DNA of 64,000 bases, taken from an uncultured Chloroflexia bacterium. Lineage in GTDB: Bacteria; Chloroflexota; Anaerolineae; B4-G1; SLSP01. A program made the position numbers and the translations under genes. Of the stretch, positions 23,177-33,976 are shown piece after piece. Numbering within the stretch: position 1 is the stretch's first letter; every line of letters starts with the position of its first letter. The stretch spans positions 32,001-96,000 of the forward strand of contig CAVVUS010000037.1 of assembly GCA_963751345.1 (NCBI GenBank), read 5' to 3'. The notes under the pieces were generated by a model. The model ran no database searches. It was not told the origin of the DNA and saw nothing but the letters and a program-made list of their open reading frames with translations.

Positions 23177-24181
23177 CTACATATACCAGCGGCTGATGGA
23201 GTACTCCGGCTCGAAGCCGATGAGCTGCCGGGCCTTGTCGATGCTGACCAGGCTCTCCGTGCCTTCCAGAGACCGTTTGAGCGGCACTTCAGGATAGAAG
23301 AGCTCCGCGAGGGTCTGCGTGGGGACGCCGGCAGAGTTGTGGCTGTCGTTGACCCAGAGCGGGTAGCTCCCTTCGTAGTCCGCGATCAACCCCAACTCGA
23401 TGGCCTGCGCCGAATCCCGAGCATCAATGCTCGCCCAGAAATTGCTGTAGCCGAACATCATCCGCGCGTGGGGTAGCTCGCGGAGATTCGGACGATTCTC
23501 GCCCGGCTCAAATGCGCGCGCCGCCCGAAGCTGATCGTGAAGATCGATGACCTCTTGCGCGATCTTCTTCTGTTCCTCCAACGGCTTCGACAGCAGCTCC
23601 TGGTACGCCTCCATTGACCGCGACCGCCATCCGCGCATGCGGTCGGCGTTGTCTTCCGTCACCTCGTAGACGCCCGGCAGCCGCAGGAAGACGCTTGAAA
23701 CCCCTTCACGGCGCCAGAAGTAGTAGCCGATCTCCTCCATAATCTGTTTCGAGAAGGAGTAAGGGTCCGTCGTATAACTGGGATGCGCTTCGTCCATCGG
23801 GAAGTACTGGAGCCTGAAGCGCTTGATCCCGAAGTTGTAGCCCAGAGCGTTGATAGAGCTGGCGCTGACGATGCGTGTGATTCCCGCGTTGGCTGCGGCC
23901 CGATAGACATTGAAGGTGCCGGTATCGTTGACGCGGAAGATCGCCTCACCCGTGCCTAGCCCCGGATTGGGGATCGCCGCAAGATGGACCACGGCCTCCA
24001 TCCCCATCACGCACTCTGTCATACACTCAAAGTCGACGATATCACATTGACGATACGCGGCCCCCGGAATCTCCAGGTTCGGCGTCCGGCCTATGACCGT
24101 CACATCGTAGTCGTGGGCGACCAGTCGCTTGACGGCCTCGCGGCCGACCGCGCCGGTACCGCCTGTAACCAGAACTCGCAT
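23177..24181 (-). CDS. NAD-dependent epimerase/dehydratase (uronate dehydrogenase-like extended SDR)
   Basis: VTGGTGAVG, VHLAA, ASS and YSFSK motifs. Confidence 0.88.
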   Translation of the reverse strand: MRVLVTGGTGAVGREAVKRLVAHDYDVTVIGRTPNLEIPGAAYRQCDIVDFECMTECVMGMEAVVHLAAIPNPGLGTGEAIFRVNDTGTFNVYRAAANAGITRIVSASSINALGYNFGIKRFRLQYFPMDEAHPSYTTDPYSFSKQIMEEIGYYFWRREGVSSVFLRLPGVYEVTEDNADRMRGWRSRSMEAYQELLSKPLEEQKKIAQEVIDLHDQLRAARAFEPGENRPNLRELPHARMMFGYSNFWASIDARDSAQAIELGLIADYEGSYPLWVNDSHNSAGVPTQTLAELFYPEVPLKRSLEGTESLVSIDKARQLIGFEPEYSISRWYM

Positions 24182-24199
24182 AGGATTCCTCTCTGTCTG

Positions 24200-25333
24200 C
24201 TAGAAGTAGTCAGGTGTCCACACGAACGGCACACCCTTGGGGAAGAGCACGTCCAGGAGCGGCAGCACTCCTGTCCCAACAGCGCTGGCCACTACCACGT
24301 CAGGGGTGTTGAGCAGATCCCGCGCACTCCGGTATCCCATCAACAACTGCATGAGCTTGTCCTGCGACAATGATACGCGCGCCACGGAGCCCCGCTCCTC
24401 CCCGACGGAAACCACACCGTCCTCAAATGTCAGGGTTGTCACGCCAAGATCGGTGTCAAGGGACAGGGCGTCAGGGAGCCAGGCCACAGGCCGGGCGGCA
24501 AGCCGATCGGTCAGTACAGGTGCTATCTTCTGGAAGAGCGACACTTGATTGAGGACCCGCATCATACCGTCGGAGTAGCGAGGATACTCGATCTCCCAGG
24601 TGATGCCAAACTGCTGGGCGAACTCGGAGAAGGCATGATCCGGTGGCAGGTGGAGCGTGATCGCCTCACACCGCTTCGTCACGGCCTGCTCGGCAAGGAA
24701 GCGGAGAAGCGTCGGAAAGGCCCTGGGATCTGAGACGCCCAGCTCGGCGACTCTGACCTCCGTGGGACGCCTGTCCCAGACGAGATAGGCCAGCACCTCG
24801 CCGGAGGCATTCTCCCACAGCGCACTCTCGGCCGCGACACCCCAGTGCGTGCCCTTGGCGAATCGTGTGAACTGCTCTGGGGTTCGGATCAATGTGCCGG
24901 TACGGCGTGCATTCTCGGCAGCGTAGAGCTCGAGCACTGCGGGCATATCGGCGGGCTCGATCGGCCGCGGATCACTCGCGTCCATCTCCAGGACCGCGGC
25001 CTCGGCATCCCGAGTCTTGATCGTGAAGCTGCACTTGGGCAGGCAGGCAGCGTACCCGAATTTGGTGTAGAAATCAGGGATACCGAAGAGCATGGAGACA
25101 TCGTAGCCCTCGTCGGCCATGTAGGTTACGGTGTCGTCGTAGAGAATCCGCATGTAGCCCTTCATCCGGTGCTCGCGCCTGGTGTAGACGTCGCCAATCC
25201 CGGCCATCTGAATCTCGGCATGGCCGATGCGCATGGGTAGATCGATCACGTATAGATGCGCGACGTTCGTCTCGTCGTCGATCCACAGCTCCCGCTTGTG
25301 GCTGCGTCCCTCATCAATCGTCTTGAAGTGCAT
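24200..25333 (-). CDS. Eis-like GNAT acetyltransferase
   Basis: AGIGDVYTRREHRMKGY and LFGIPDFYTKFGY, tandem GNAT plus an SCP2-like C-terminus. Confidence 0.82.
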   Translation of the reverse strand: MHFKTIDEGRSHKRELWIDDETNVAHLYVIDLPMRIGHAEIQMAGIGDVYTRREHRMKGYMRILYDDTVTYMADEGYDVSMLFGIPDFYTKFGYAACLPKCSFTIKTRDAEAAVLEMDASDPRPIEPADMPAVLELYAAENARRTGTLIRTPEQFTRFAKGTHWGVAAESALWENASGEVLAYLVWDRRPTEVRVAELGVSDPRAFPTLLRFLAEQAVTKRCEAITLHLPPDHAFSEFAQQFGITWEIEYPRYSDGMMRVLNQVSLFQKIAPVLTDRLAARPVAWLPDALSLDTDLGVTTLTFEDGVVSVGEERGSVARVSLSQDKLMQLLMGYRSARDLLNTPDVVVASAVGTGVLPLLDVLFPKGVPFVWTPDYF

Positions 25334-25348
25334 GTCCGATACCTCTCT

Positions 25349-26218
25349 TTACTTCAGACCGATGCGCGACCGGAATTCGGGCACGCCCTTGATCCCTAGG
25401 TTGAGGTGGAAGAGCGATCCCGCCAGCGGCCCCTCCGTATCACGATGACCGTTGCTCGCCGTGGTGACGTACATGTCCGTGTAGTCCTCGCCGCCAAAGC
25501 AGATCGAGGAGACTTTGGGCACGGGGAAGGTCACCTCCTGCATCTTCTCGCCTTCGGGCGAATACTTAACGAGGCGATGCCCGTCCCAACGCGCCGACCA
25601 CACGATGCCCTCAGCGTCGACGGTCATGCCGTCCGGATGACCCTCGCCGGCGGTCGTCGGCACATCGACGAAGACACGTCGGTTGGTGAGCTCGCCCGTA
25701 GCCTCATCGTAGTCAAAAAGGAAGATCTTCTGCTTGCGCGTGTCCGTGTGGTACATCGCCTGACGATCCGGCGTGAAGCCCATCCCATTGGATAGGGCCA
25801 CGTCATCGAGCACCAGCGTCAGCGTGCCGTCCGGGTCAAGCCGGTAGAGCAGCGCGGGTGCGTCAGGCCTGGGCATCGAGCCGCAGAAGACGCGCCCCGC
25901 GGGATCGGCGATCACGTCGTTGAACCGGGTCTCCCGCATGGCCGGGATCTCGTCCACGACCATTTCCAGCTCCTGCCCCTCTCGCCAGATGCCCACGGAC
26001 CCTTTATCCATGAAGAAGACCAGCGAGCCATCGGCCTGCAGCGTGTAGCCACCGATCGGCCGCCCAGTGTAGACCAACTCGTGGGTTTTCGCGGCGGGAT
26101 CGTAACGGTAGAGCCGTCCATTTGGAATGTCCACCCAGTAAAGCCGATGCTCATCGGGGTGCCACAGAGGTCCCTCCCCCGTGTCGCAGTCCACATTTGC
26201 GACAACCTGCGGTTCCAT
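25349..26218 (-). CDS. SMP-30/gluconolactonase/LRE family protein
   Basis: GEGPLW, LYWVDI, RFND, SNGMGF, PDGMTVDAEG and FGG..MYVTT motifs. Confidence 0.92.
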   Translation of the reverse strand: MEPQVVANVDCDTGEGPLWHPDEHRLYWVDIPNGRLYRYDPAAKTHELVYTGRPIGGYTLQADGSLVFFMDKGSVGIWREGQELEMVVDEIPAMRETRFNDVIADPAGRVFCGSMPRPDAPALLYRLDPDGTLTLVLDDVALSNGMGFTPDRQAMYHTDTRKQKIFLFDYDEATGELTNRRVFVDVPTTAGEGHPDGMTVDAEGIVWSARWDGHRLVKYSPEGEKMQEVTFPVPKVSSICFGGEDYTDMYVTTASNGHRDTEGPLAGSLFHLNLGIKGVPEFRSRIGLK

Positions 26219-26248
26219 ATGTCCCTCCTTACGATGATGAACCTTGAC

Positions 26249-26500
26249 CTAGAGGCCGAGTAGATTCTTGAGATCGCGTCTCGGCGGGTCGTCCAGAATC
26301 GTGCCGTCGGGAAGCACGAGAGTCGGCACGACCCAGGCTTTCCCGCGCAGTTCCAACAGTGCATCCAGCGCGCCGGCGTCATTGTCAATATCCCTGTAAT
26401 CATAGGAGACGTCGTGACGATCGAGGAATGCACGGGTCATCCTCACGCTCGGGCACCAGCCGGCTCCGTAAAAGACGATCGCGGTTTGGTCTTCAGACAT
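26249..26500 (-). CDS. Glutaredoxin/mycoredoxin-like protein (single-Cys WCPSV motif)
   Basis: FYGAGWCP..., YRDID and VVPTLVLPDG. Confidence 0.8.
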   Translation of the reverse strand: MSEDQTAIVFYGAGWCPSVRMTRAFLDRHDVSYDYRDIDNDAGALDALLELRGKAWVVPTLVLPDGTILDDPPRRDLKNLLGL

Positions 26501-26512
26501 AGCTACCTCTCT

Positions 26513-28505
26513 TCAGCGCCGGAAGACATCCGCCAGGGCAAATGCAGCCGGCTTGGGATTTCCGTCGAAGTCTACAACTGATGTGTTGGAGGTGCAAGGG
26601 AAACTGTCGTGGCCCATCCAGACGATGAAGCCACCGCAGCGAGGGAACCGGTCCTTGCACGCACCCGCGGCGATGGAGAGCGCCTGCGCCTGGCGCTGCT
26701 GGCCCCACGCTACGTATTCCTGCAACGTCTCCGGCTCCCGCCCCATCTCCGCTATGAACTGCGGCCACTCGATCCACCAGGAAGTGCGCCGCCAGAGGGG
26801 ATTTCCGAATGTCCCCGGGTAAGGATCGACGTCGCCGGCATATCTCCGAATCAGTTCGGCGGGGCTTGGACCGGGCGCACCGACCTCCGACCGCATCAGC
26901 GCATCATCGTCGCGCCAGTAATCCTGCCAGGTCTCGTCCAGTGTCCCCACAGCCTGCCACGGGCCGTGAACATCCCAGTGAACGCCCATGCCGAACTCCT
27001 TCTCATTGGCAGACTCGCGAGGACCTGAAGCTGACGTGGGCAGGAACCGCCGCGTGGGGTCCAGCGCCTCGACAACATCGTGGAGCGCCTTCAGCATGGG
27101 ATGCTCCAGGCCCAGGGGCCGGCCACCTGCCTCACGGTTTCCATTCTTATCGTCCATCAGCTCGTTCCCACCGCACCAGGCGAGGAGCGAAACGTGGTGC
27201 CGGCGGCGCGCAATGTAGGAACGAGCGATTTCCGTCAGCGCGGCGACACTGTGCCGCATCGTCGGGCGCGTAGTTGTCGACCCCGGAGGACGAGAGGGGG
27301 AACTCCTGCCAGACCAGAGAGGCCTAGCGCGTCGCACAGGTCATAGAAAACCTCGCGCTCCAACACCGCTCCACCCCACACGCGCAGCACGTTGACGTGC
27401 AGATCGCGATAGAGCTTCAGGCGCTTCTCATAGGCTGCCGCGCCCACGTCCGCGAAGTTGGGGCGGATCGGCGTCCAGTTTACGCCCTGCAGGAAGATCG
27501 GTTGACCGTTGACGACACAGAGCCAGGGATCCGCATCCTCAGGAGCATCCATGCAAGGCTGCCACGCGATATGTCTGAAGCCGACGGTGCGCTCGGCGCG
27601 ATCTAGTACGTCGCCCGCCGCATCCAACAACTCCACAACCAGGGCGTAGCGCGGCTGGTCTCCGTAGCCGTTGGGCCACCAGAGATCCACGTCCAAATCT
27701 CGCCACACCACTTCGACCAAGGCAGGGTCTGCGGCGCTCTCACTCGCAGCAAACTCCAGCGTCTCGTCGCGAAGTGGCGGCTCGTCCTCGGGCCCTCGTG
27801 GACCCGACAAGATACAGTGAAGCGCGGTCCCCTGACCCACGATGCGGCTCGAGAGCCGGAGCTCGCCCAGCGGAGGATCGATGCCGGCGTCCGTCGTGAC
27901 GTGCAAGCGCAGCAATCTCGCCCGCGCCCAGGACTCTCCAGCTCAATGGCGTCCCAGATCCCGATCTGGACAAGACGGGCTGTCCAATCCCAGTGATAGT
28001 TGAACCGCGGCTTCCACTCGGTCATGCGCGAGGTGTAGCCAAACTGGCCGAGCCAGCGCGGAGGACATTCAAAGACAATCTGGAGCCGGTTGCCCGACGT
28101 ATCCAGGAACGGGGTAAGGTCGACTCGAAGCGGCACAAAGCTGTTCTCAAACGCTGCCACCTCCCGGCCATTGATCCGGATAGCTCCGTTGCCGTCGAGG
28201 CCCATACACTGAAGGCGAACCATTGCGCCTGTCTCGAGCCAATCATCGGGCAGCATGACTTCGTAGATCCAGTGGCGATTCTCCACCCACTCGCACTGTG
28301 CCGCGTTCAGCCCGATATTCCAGTCGGGGAGCCGGCCGGCGTCAAGCAGCGCCTGCTGGACGGAACCCGGCACCGGCGCGGGCACGGCGGGCGTCTCTAC
28401 ATAGCGGGAGGTACCGATCGCCAAATCGGCATCCAGTCGCCATACGTGTGGCTGAAAGCCCGCGACGTGCCAGTCAAGCCGGCCAAGATCGTACGTTCTT
28501 TTCAA
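26513..28505 (-). CDS. GH2 beta-mannosidase-like glycoside hydrolase; frameshifts near 27925 and 27320
   Basis: VPGSVQQAL, KPRFNYHWDW, LWWPNGYG, IFLQGVNW, LRVWGG, FYDLCD, AWCGGNE, DVHGPW and SEVG motifs. Confidence 0.88.
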
Positions 28506-28580
28506 TGGTAGCCTCCTGAGGATGGCGATCAGCGTTCAGAAGTGCAGGGTCGTGCCCTTGATCCATCGCCCTCTGTTACC

Positions 28581-29708
28581 CTAGACGTGATCGAACGCCA
28601 TCACGTAGCACGGCACCGGCAGAAGCGCCAGCAATGGCTGTGGGAGCTCGGCCTCACAGGCGACCGGTGGACCGCCGAAAACCAGTCGGGCGACCTCGAC
28701 AACCGGAAGCTCCACGTAGGTCGCGGCGTGATTGCCCGGCCGGATATCAACGTCGCCGTCCTCGACCGTCAACGTCGTGACGGTCGTGCGGTCGTGCTCC
28801 TTGACACCAATAGCGACGGAGAAGTCCCGGATGCCCTGGGCCTGTGCCTTGAGATACTCCCTGGCAGCCGTAAGGACCTGCGTCAGATCGTTGACCCGGT
28901 ACATCGAACTGTTGCCACCGGTCCAATATGAGATGCACGGCATCAGCCGACCGAGACGCACCTTGTCCCAGGCTGAGAGTGCCCAAGACGCGCGCTCGCC
29001 AAAGGTCCACTCCAGAAGTGCGCGAATCATGCCCAACTCGTTGCCGCTCTCAGAGACGAGTTCGAGGATGCGCAGGTGTTGGCGCGCCTGGCCCTCCAGG
29101 ATAGCGTACCCATCCTCTGCAATCCAGAACCGCGTATCCATCTTCCGAATTTGGGTCTTCAGATCCGGACGAATCGTATGGCACCGCTGCCGCGACTGCA
29201 GGCGCTCCACAACCGGCAACGCCTCTTCCGGCATGACCTCGTCGATCTCGATGGGCTGGACGCCGTGCCATTCCAGCGAACGTCGCGAGAACTGCAGATC
29301 ATACTGAGGCGATGCCAGCTCCCATCCGAAGGTGTTGTAGCGTTGGCGATCCCCGCCAAGCCAGGAGACGGGATAGCCGATGCGCCGCATCTCCTCGACA
29401 ACGTGGGTGAGAAGCTTGCTCATATACCCCTTGCCGCGGGCCTTCGGCGAGGTCGAGACCGCGCCAATGCCGCCAATCGTCATGCGGACACCGGCAGTCA
29501 CCGACTCGATGGGATAGACCCCAACGTGAGAGACGATCTCGCCGTCCTCCGCGATGACGTAAGCCCACTGAAGCGCCTCTTCCGTGGGCATATAGAGATG
29601 TGGGTAAACGCGCTCGAAGAAGGCCTTGGAGTGCCCAAAGGCCTGCTCCACGTAGCGCATGAAGCTCTCGAACTCTTCCACACGGGGATGGCGTATCTCA
29701 CCTTCCAT
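28581..29708 (-). CDS. Eis-like GNAT acetyltransferase
   Basis: GGIGAVSTSPKARGKGYMS and RYNTFGWE. Confidence 0.82.
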   Translation of the reverse strand: MEGEIRHPRVEEFESFMRYVEQAFGHSKAFFERVYPHLYMPTEEALQWAYVIAEDGEIVSHVGVYPIESVTAGVRMTIGGIGAVSTSPKARGKGYMSKLLTHVVEEMRRIGYPVSWLGGDRQRYNTFGWELASPQYDLQFSRRSLEWHGVQPIEIDEVMPEEALPVVERLQSRQRCHTIRPDLKTQIRKMDTRFWIAEDGYAILEGQARQHLRILELVSESGNELGMIRALLEWTFGERASWALSAWDKVRLGRLMPCISYWTGGNSSMYRVNDLTQVLTAAREYLKAQAQGIRDFSVAIGVKEHDRTTVTTLTVEDGDVDIRPGNHAATYVELPVVEVARLVFGGPPVACEAELPQPLLALLPVPCYVMAFDHV

Positions 29709-29744
29709 GATGCTTTCCTTTCTGAGTCACAACATCGGAGCGTC

Positions 29745-30551
29745 TTACAGGCTACTGCGCTCGGCCCCTGCATCCAGTGCCGCGACAGACGGTTTTACCG
29801 GCCCGACGCCGGACAGCGTCCGTTGTGTCAACCAGAGCAAGCCGACACTCAGTAGGGCGACGACGGCCAGGGCCCCCTCGGCGGCGATGATACCCCACGA
29901 CTGACCTACGTACACCGAGACGGCATTGGCGGTTGCGTGCCAGAGAATTGCTGCGAAAAGCGGCCATATCCTGGACTTGAAGAAGCACAGCACCACCAGG
30001 GTTGAGAGGCTGAGATGCATCGTCATCGCCATCACGCGCTCGGCTATGGCCAATAGCGGCGCAGCCGGCGACATCGACCAGTAGGCCTGCACCTCTGCGA
30101 GCGTGTTCGCCGGGAGCCCCACTGCGGACGGGTCGGCCACCTGGCTGATCGCAATGACGTTGACAAGCGTAAGTGCGACGAGCGCGCCCGTCAGGATCGA
30201 CTCCACACCACCGTGTCCCATGCCGAAGAAGACCGCCTCGCGCCAACTACGGGCGTCCTTCTGCCAGAACCTGTAAACGAGGTAACGGGCGACTTCCTCA
30301 AACACGCCGGCCGACAGCCCCAGGACCACGGCCTGCACCAACAAGGATTGCGACGGCATATCGAAGGTCTGGGATATCAGCGAGTTTGTCGGGATATGCA
30401 CGAGCTGGGAGGCCACAAAGGTAGCTGCGCCCGCCCACGCCAGCCGCATCGGAAGCCCCCAGCGGCGTCTCAAGATCAACACAATAGCAGCGGGCAGGCC
30501 AATCACAAAAACGACCTCGAGACTCACCAACGCGATGATCAACACGGACAT
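29745..30551 (-). CDS. YhfC/PrsW-family intramembrane glutamic/metalloprotease
   Basis: AGVFEEVARY, GMGHGGVES, ERV..H and AILWH motifs with multiple TMs. GGAGGG RBS before 30551. Confidence 0.85.
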   Translation of the reverse strand: MSVLIIALVSLEVVFVIGLPAAIVLILRRRWGLPMRLAWAGAATFVASQLVHIPTNSLISQTFDMPSQSLLVQAVVLGLSAGVFEEVARYLVYRFWQKDARSWREAVFFGMGHGGVESILTGALVALTLVNVIAISQVADPSAVGLPANTLAEVQAYWSMSPAAPLLAIAERVMAMTMHLSLSTLVVLCFFKSRIWPLFAAILWHATANAVSVYVGQSWGIIAAEGALAVVALLSVGLLWLTQRTLSGVGPVKPSVAALDAGAERSSL

Positions 30552-30582
30552 AGAGCCCTCCACCTGGGCAACAGGCAAGCCA

Positions 30583-31093
30583 TCAACTGCCCACAATTTC
30601 TGCCCGCATCCGATAGTACGGCAGCCCATCATCGCCCACGAAGTCGCCGTAGCGGACGAATCCTTGATTCTCATAGAGTCGCCAGGCCACAGCGTTGTCC
30701 TGGACCACGGTCAACAGGACCCTCGGCAATCCTGCATCCCGCGCCCAAGCCATCACGCGGGTGATGAGGCACGTACCCACGCCTTGCCCGTGATGGGCAT
30801 CGGCCACAGCCAGGCCGAGCATAGGCTCAGACTCCGGATTGGCGCCATCGAGGCCCCATATGAAACCCCAGCCGACGATCATATCGCCGTATACCCATAG
30901 CGACGAGGTCATACTTCGTCGGGTGTGGGCCGGTGTTAGCGGAGACGATGTCAGCACAAGTTTCCACCGTCGTCGTAACGTCCAGCGGGCGGAACGTCCG
31001 CTTCGACGCCTCGCTCAACCCGTTGTAGAACGCCGCGAGCGCCCCGGCATCACCGGGCGCCAGTCTACGGAAGTAGATGTTGTCGGTTTCCAT
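30583..31093 (-). CDS. GNAT acetyltransferase; frameshift near 30895
   Basis: METDNIYFRRL.. joins LGLAVADAHHGQGVG...NAVAWRLYENQGF. Confidence 0.8.
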
Positions 31094-31113
31094 AGGCTGT
31101 CATGCGCTTTCCC

Positions 31114-33205
31114 TCACTTCCCCGCCGCGGGCCGGCCCACAGCCGTGAACTCCAGCATCGATTCCAGGAAGATCTCATCATCGATCTTCTCACCCACCGG
31201 TCCCGTATGATCGGTGCGCACGAGCTTGACCTCAACTTGCTGCGCCCCTGCCTCCTCGGCTAATGTGCGCAGCCGGCCCGGGACGACATCCTCGACATAG
31301 GCCACCGACGCCGCCAACGTTTCAAAGTCCCGAACGCTCTCGGGGAGGCTGAGATCACCCGGCAGATGCACGCGATAGAGCGCGCCGAACTCAATGGGGC
31401 GTATCAGCACTTTGGCCCGCTGAACCACACTGCCCACGACAGCCCCGATCGCATTCGCGACGTCAGCGTGAGGGGGCAGCACCAAGTCGGTATGGAGACT
31501 CCCGGCAGCGCGAGGCATATAGGCAGCCACCGGCGCGCCCACGGCTACCACCGGCTGTCGAAGGGTCAACCGGCACGCCAGATCGGTCTCGCACACAGCA
31601 TTCAGCGCCCGTGCCAGCAGACCCGCCGCGACCGGCTCTTGGGGCCAGTTTGCAGGAGCCACCTCATCGCTCAGAACCTTGGTGATGAGTTCTGCAGCAA
31701 CCCGGTCCGAGACGACATCGGCCACCTGCTCGCAGAACGCCTCCACCGAGATGCCCAGTTGAGCAGCCAGCAACACCGCCGCCAGCCGTGATGCTTGTGC
31801 ATCCCAGATCTCGAAACGACCCAGAACGTGGAGGGCATCCGTGGGTGTGAACCCCACACGCATAACGAGTTGTTGGGCCGTCAGCCGATGCACGCGATCC
31901 ATCAGGAACGCCTGATACCTCGGATCCTGGGCAAGACGCACGAGAGAGATCGGCCCGTCCTGAAGCCGCGCCAGCAGCGCCAGGTCGTCCTCACCGACAC
32001 CGGTACCCGGCTGCCGTCTCGGGATCAGGAACTGCGCGACAAAAGGCAGCAGGGTTCGCTTCTTGACGTGCTGCTGCGCCACCAACTCGTCGAGGATCTC
32101 AGGGTAATCGCTGCCCAGCCTGCAGAGCGGCAGCACCCTCTGGGGTCCGAGCGACAGCGACGGCCTCCCGTGATCGGGGGAGGCCCACATCTGGCCAGGA
32201 TCTCCACCGTTGGTGTCGATCCTGACGTGGCTGTCGCCGCCCAGCCCGACTGTATGCACATCTGCCGCCTCCACCATCGTACGGAACCGGCCCACCTGTG
32301 CCCCCTGGGGATTGAGCCGGGGATGCCCGTCACGCAGCGCGGCGATGTCGGTGGTCGTTCCGCCGACGTCGACCACCCAGACGTCCTCGCGGCCGGCGAT
32401 GTGCCAGGCGCCGACGACGCTTGCCGCGGGACCGGACAGGATCGTCTCGATGGGCCGTTGAATAGCCCACTCCGATCGGACGAGGGATCCATCACCCTTG
32501 ACGATCATCAACGGTGCGGCCACCCCAGCCTCGTCGAGCATCCTGCGGACGGTCAGAATCAGATCGCGTAACGTGGGGATCAGCCGCGCGTTGAGCGCGA
32601 CCGTCGTCGCCCGGCGAATGGCGTTCAGCTTCGTCGTGAGCTCGTGCCCGCAGGTCACCGGTAATCCCGACCAGATCCTCGACCAGCGCCTTGACGCGCA
32701 GTTCGTGCGCAGGATTCCGCACGCTGAAGTAGCCCGACACGGCGAAGGCGCTGACACTGTCGCGGCGCGCAAGGATAGCCTCGCGGACGGCCTGCTCATC
32801 CAGCGGCGCCCGCTCCTCACCGTCGATGTTGTGACCGCCCCGGATGTAGACGACGTCCTGCGTGGCGAGGTCCTCGGCAAAGGCGTGGGTGCGGATCAAC
32901 TCCGGGTCATATCCCAGCAGGAGCAAGCAGACGGGGCTGCCCTGTCCCTCCACGATGGCATTGGTCGCCAACGTCGTCGAAAGGCCCACAAGACCCACGT
33001 CGCCCGGGCCGATGGCTCGCTCCCGCACGATCTGCTATCCGCGCCTCGGGCGCAAAGACGCCGCGTATCGCCGCCCCAATGCCGATGGAGAGATCGCGAT
33101 GCGTGGTCAGCGCCTTTGTCGTTGCCAAACCCCACCCGTCTCCTGATCCACCAGGACGGCATCGGTATAGGTGCCGCCCGTATCAATGCCCAGTGCGATG
33201 TCCAT
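31114..33205 (-). CDS. Hydantoinase/oxoprolinase A family protein; about 3 frameshifts
   Basis: MDIALGIDTGGTYTD, LSTTLATNAIVEG, RRATTVALNA, TILSGPAAS, VDVGGTTTD, GLGGDS, TPTDA and ANAIGA motifs. Confidence 0.88.
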
Positions 33206-33424
33206 TTATGTCGATGTATCCTTCACCTTGAGAGTCAGATAACCAACATAACGGTCGATCGGATCCTGCATACAACGCCGGTCGTCGGCCGATCGGCCGA
33301 CGACACGGGCTCTTATCTTACTACGGTGTCGGCTGAACGCGAGAGCTTGCAGTCTGCACGACACAGCAGTATACAGGTATTGTACTCTTGGACAGGTCAC
33401 CAAGTCGGGAGGCTCGCGATTCAC

Positions 33425-33943
33425 ATGAGCAACACTCTCATTCCTGCGTTGCTGGCTCTGGCGTGTGGCAGCATCTTCATCCTGGCCCTTATCGGGCTGG
33501 GACTCTTTCTCGTGATCCAGGGCACCCGCAGCCGCCGCAAGGCAGGTGAGAGCCTGCAGTGGCCCAGCGTGAGTGGAGTTATCGTGGAGACGCAGGTTCG
33601 TGAAGCCCGTAACACCGACGACGACGGCAACATCGATGTGAGCTACTACCCGCGCGTGGACTACACTTATGAGGTGGGAGGGCAGACGTATCGTTCTCAC
33701 CTCATTGCGTTTGGCGCCATCAAGCCGGTGAAGAACGCGGCTCAGGTGCAGAAAGGACTGGAGCGCTACCCCATGGGTGGCCCGGTGACCGTCTACTACA
33801 ATCCGGAAAAGCCGTCCGAGGCGGTGTTGGAGCGAGCGCCGGCGCACACACAGGCACTGCTCGTCATCGGTGTCATATGCCTGGTCCTTGCACTTTGCCT
33901 CGGCGGCCCGCTGATCCTGGGTGTCATCAACAACATCCGCTAG
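33425..33943 (+). CDS. DUF3592 family membrane protein
   Basis: TM, then WPSVSGVI..YYPRVDYTYEVGGQTY..VTVYYNPEKPSEAVL, then TM. Confidence 0.85.
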   Translation: MSNTLIPALLALACGSIFILALIGLGLFLVIQGTRSRRKAGESLQWPSVSGVIVETQVREARNTDDDGNIDVSYYPRVDYTYEVGGQTYRSHLIAFGAIKPVKNAAQVQKGLERYPMGGPVTVYYNPEKPSEAVLERAPAHTQALLVIGVICLVLALCLGGPLILGVINNIR

Positions 33944-33976
33944 ATCGCACTCACTCGGACCGAGCTAACGCACTGC

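Noticed and set aside
26249-26500. Glutaredoxin as a possible selenoprotein
   Set aside because: The motif reads TGG TGC CCG AGC GTG (WCPSV) with no in-frame TGA.
32498-33424. 481-aa plus-strand ORF extending DUF3592 upstream
   Set aside because: The upstream part is the antisense shadow of the hydantoinase gene. The real start with an RBS is ATG 33425.
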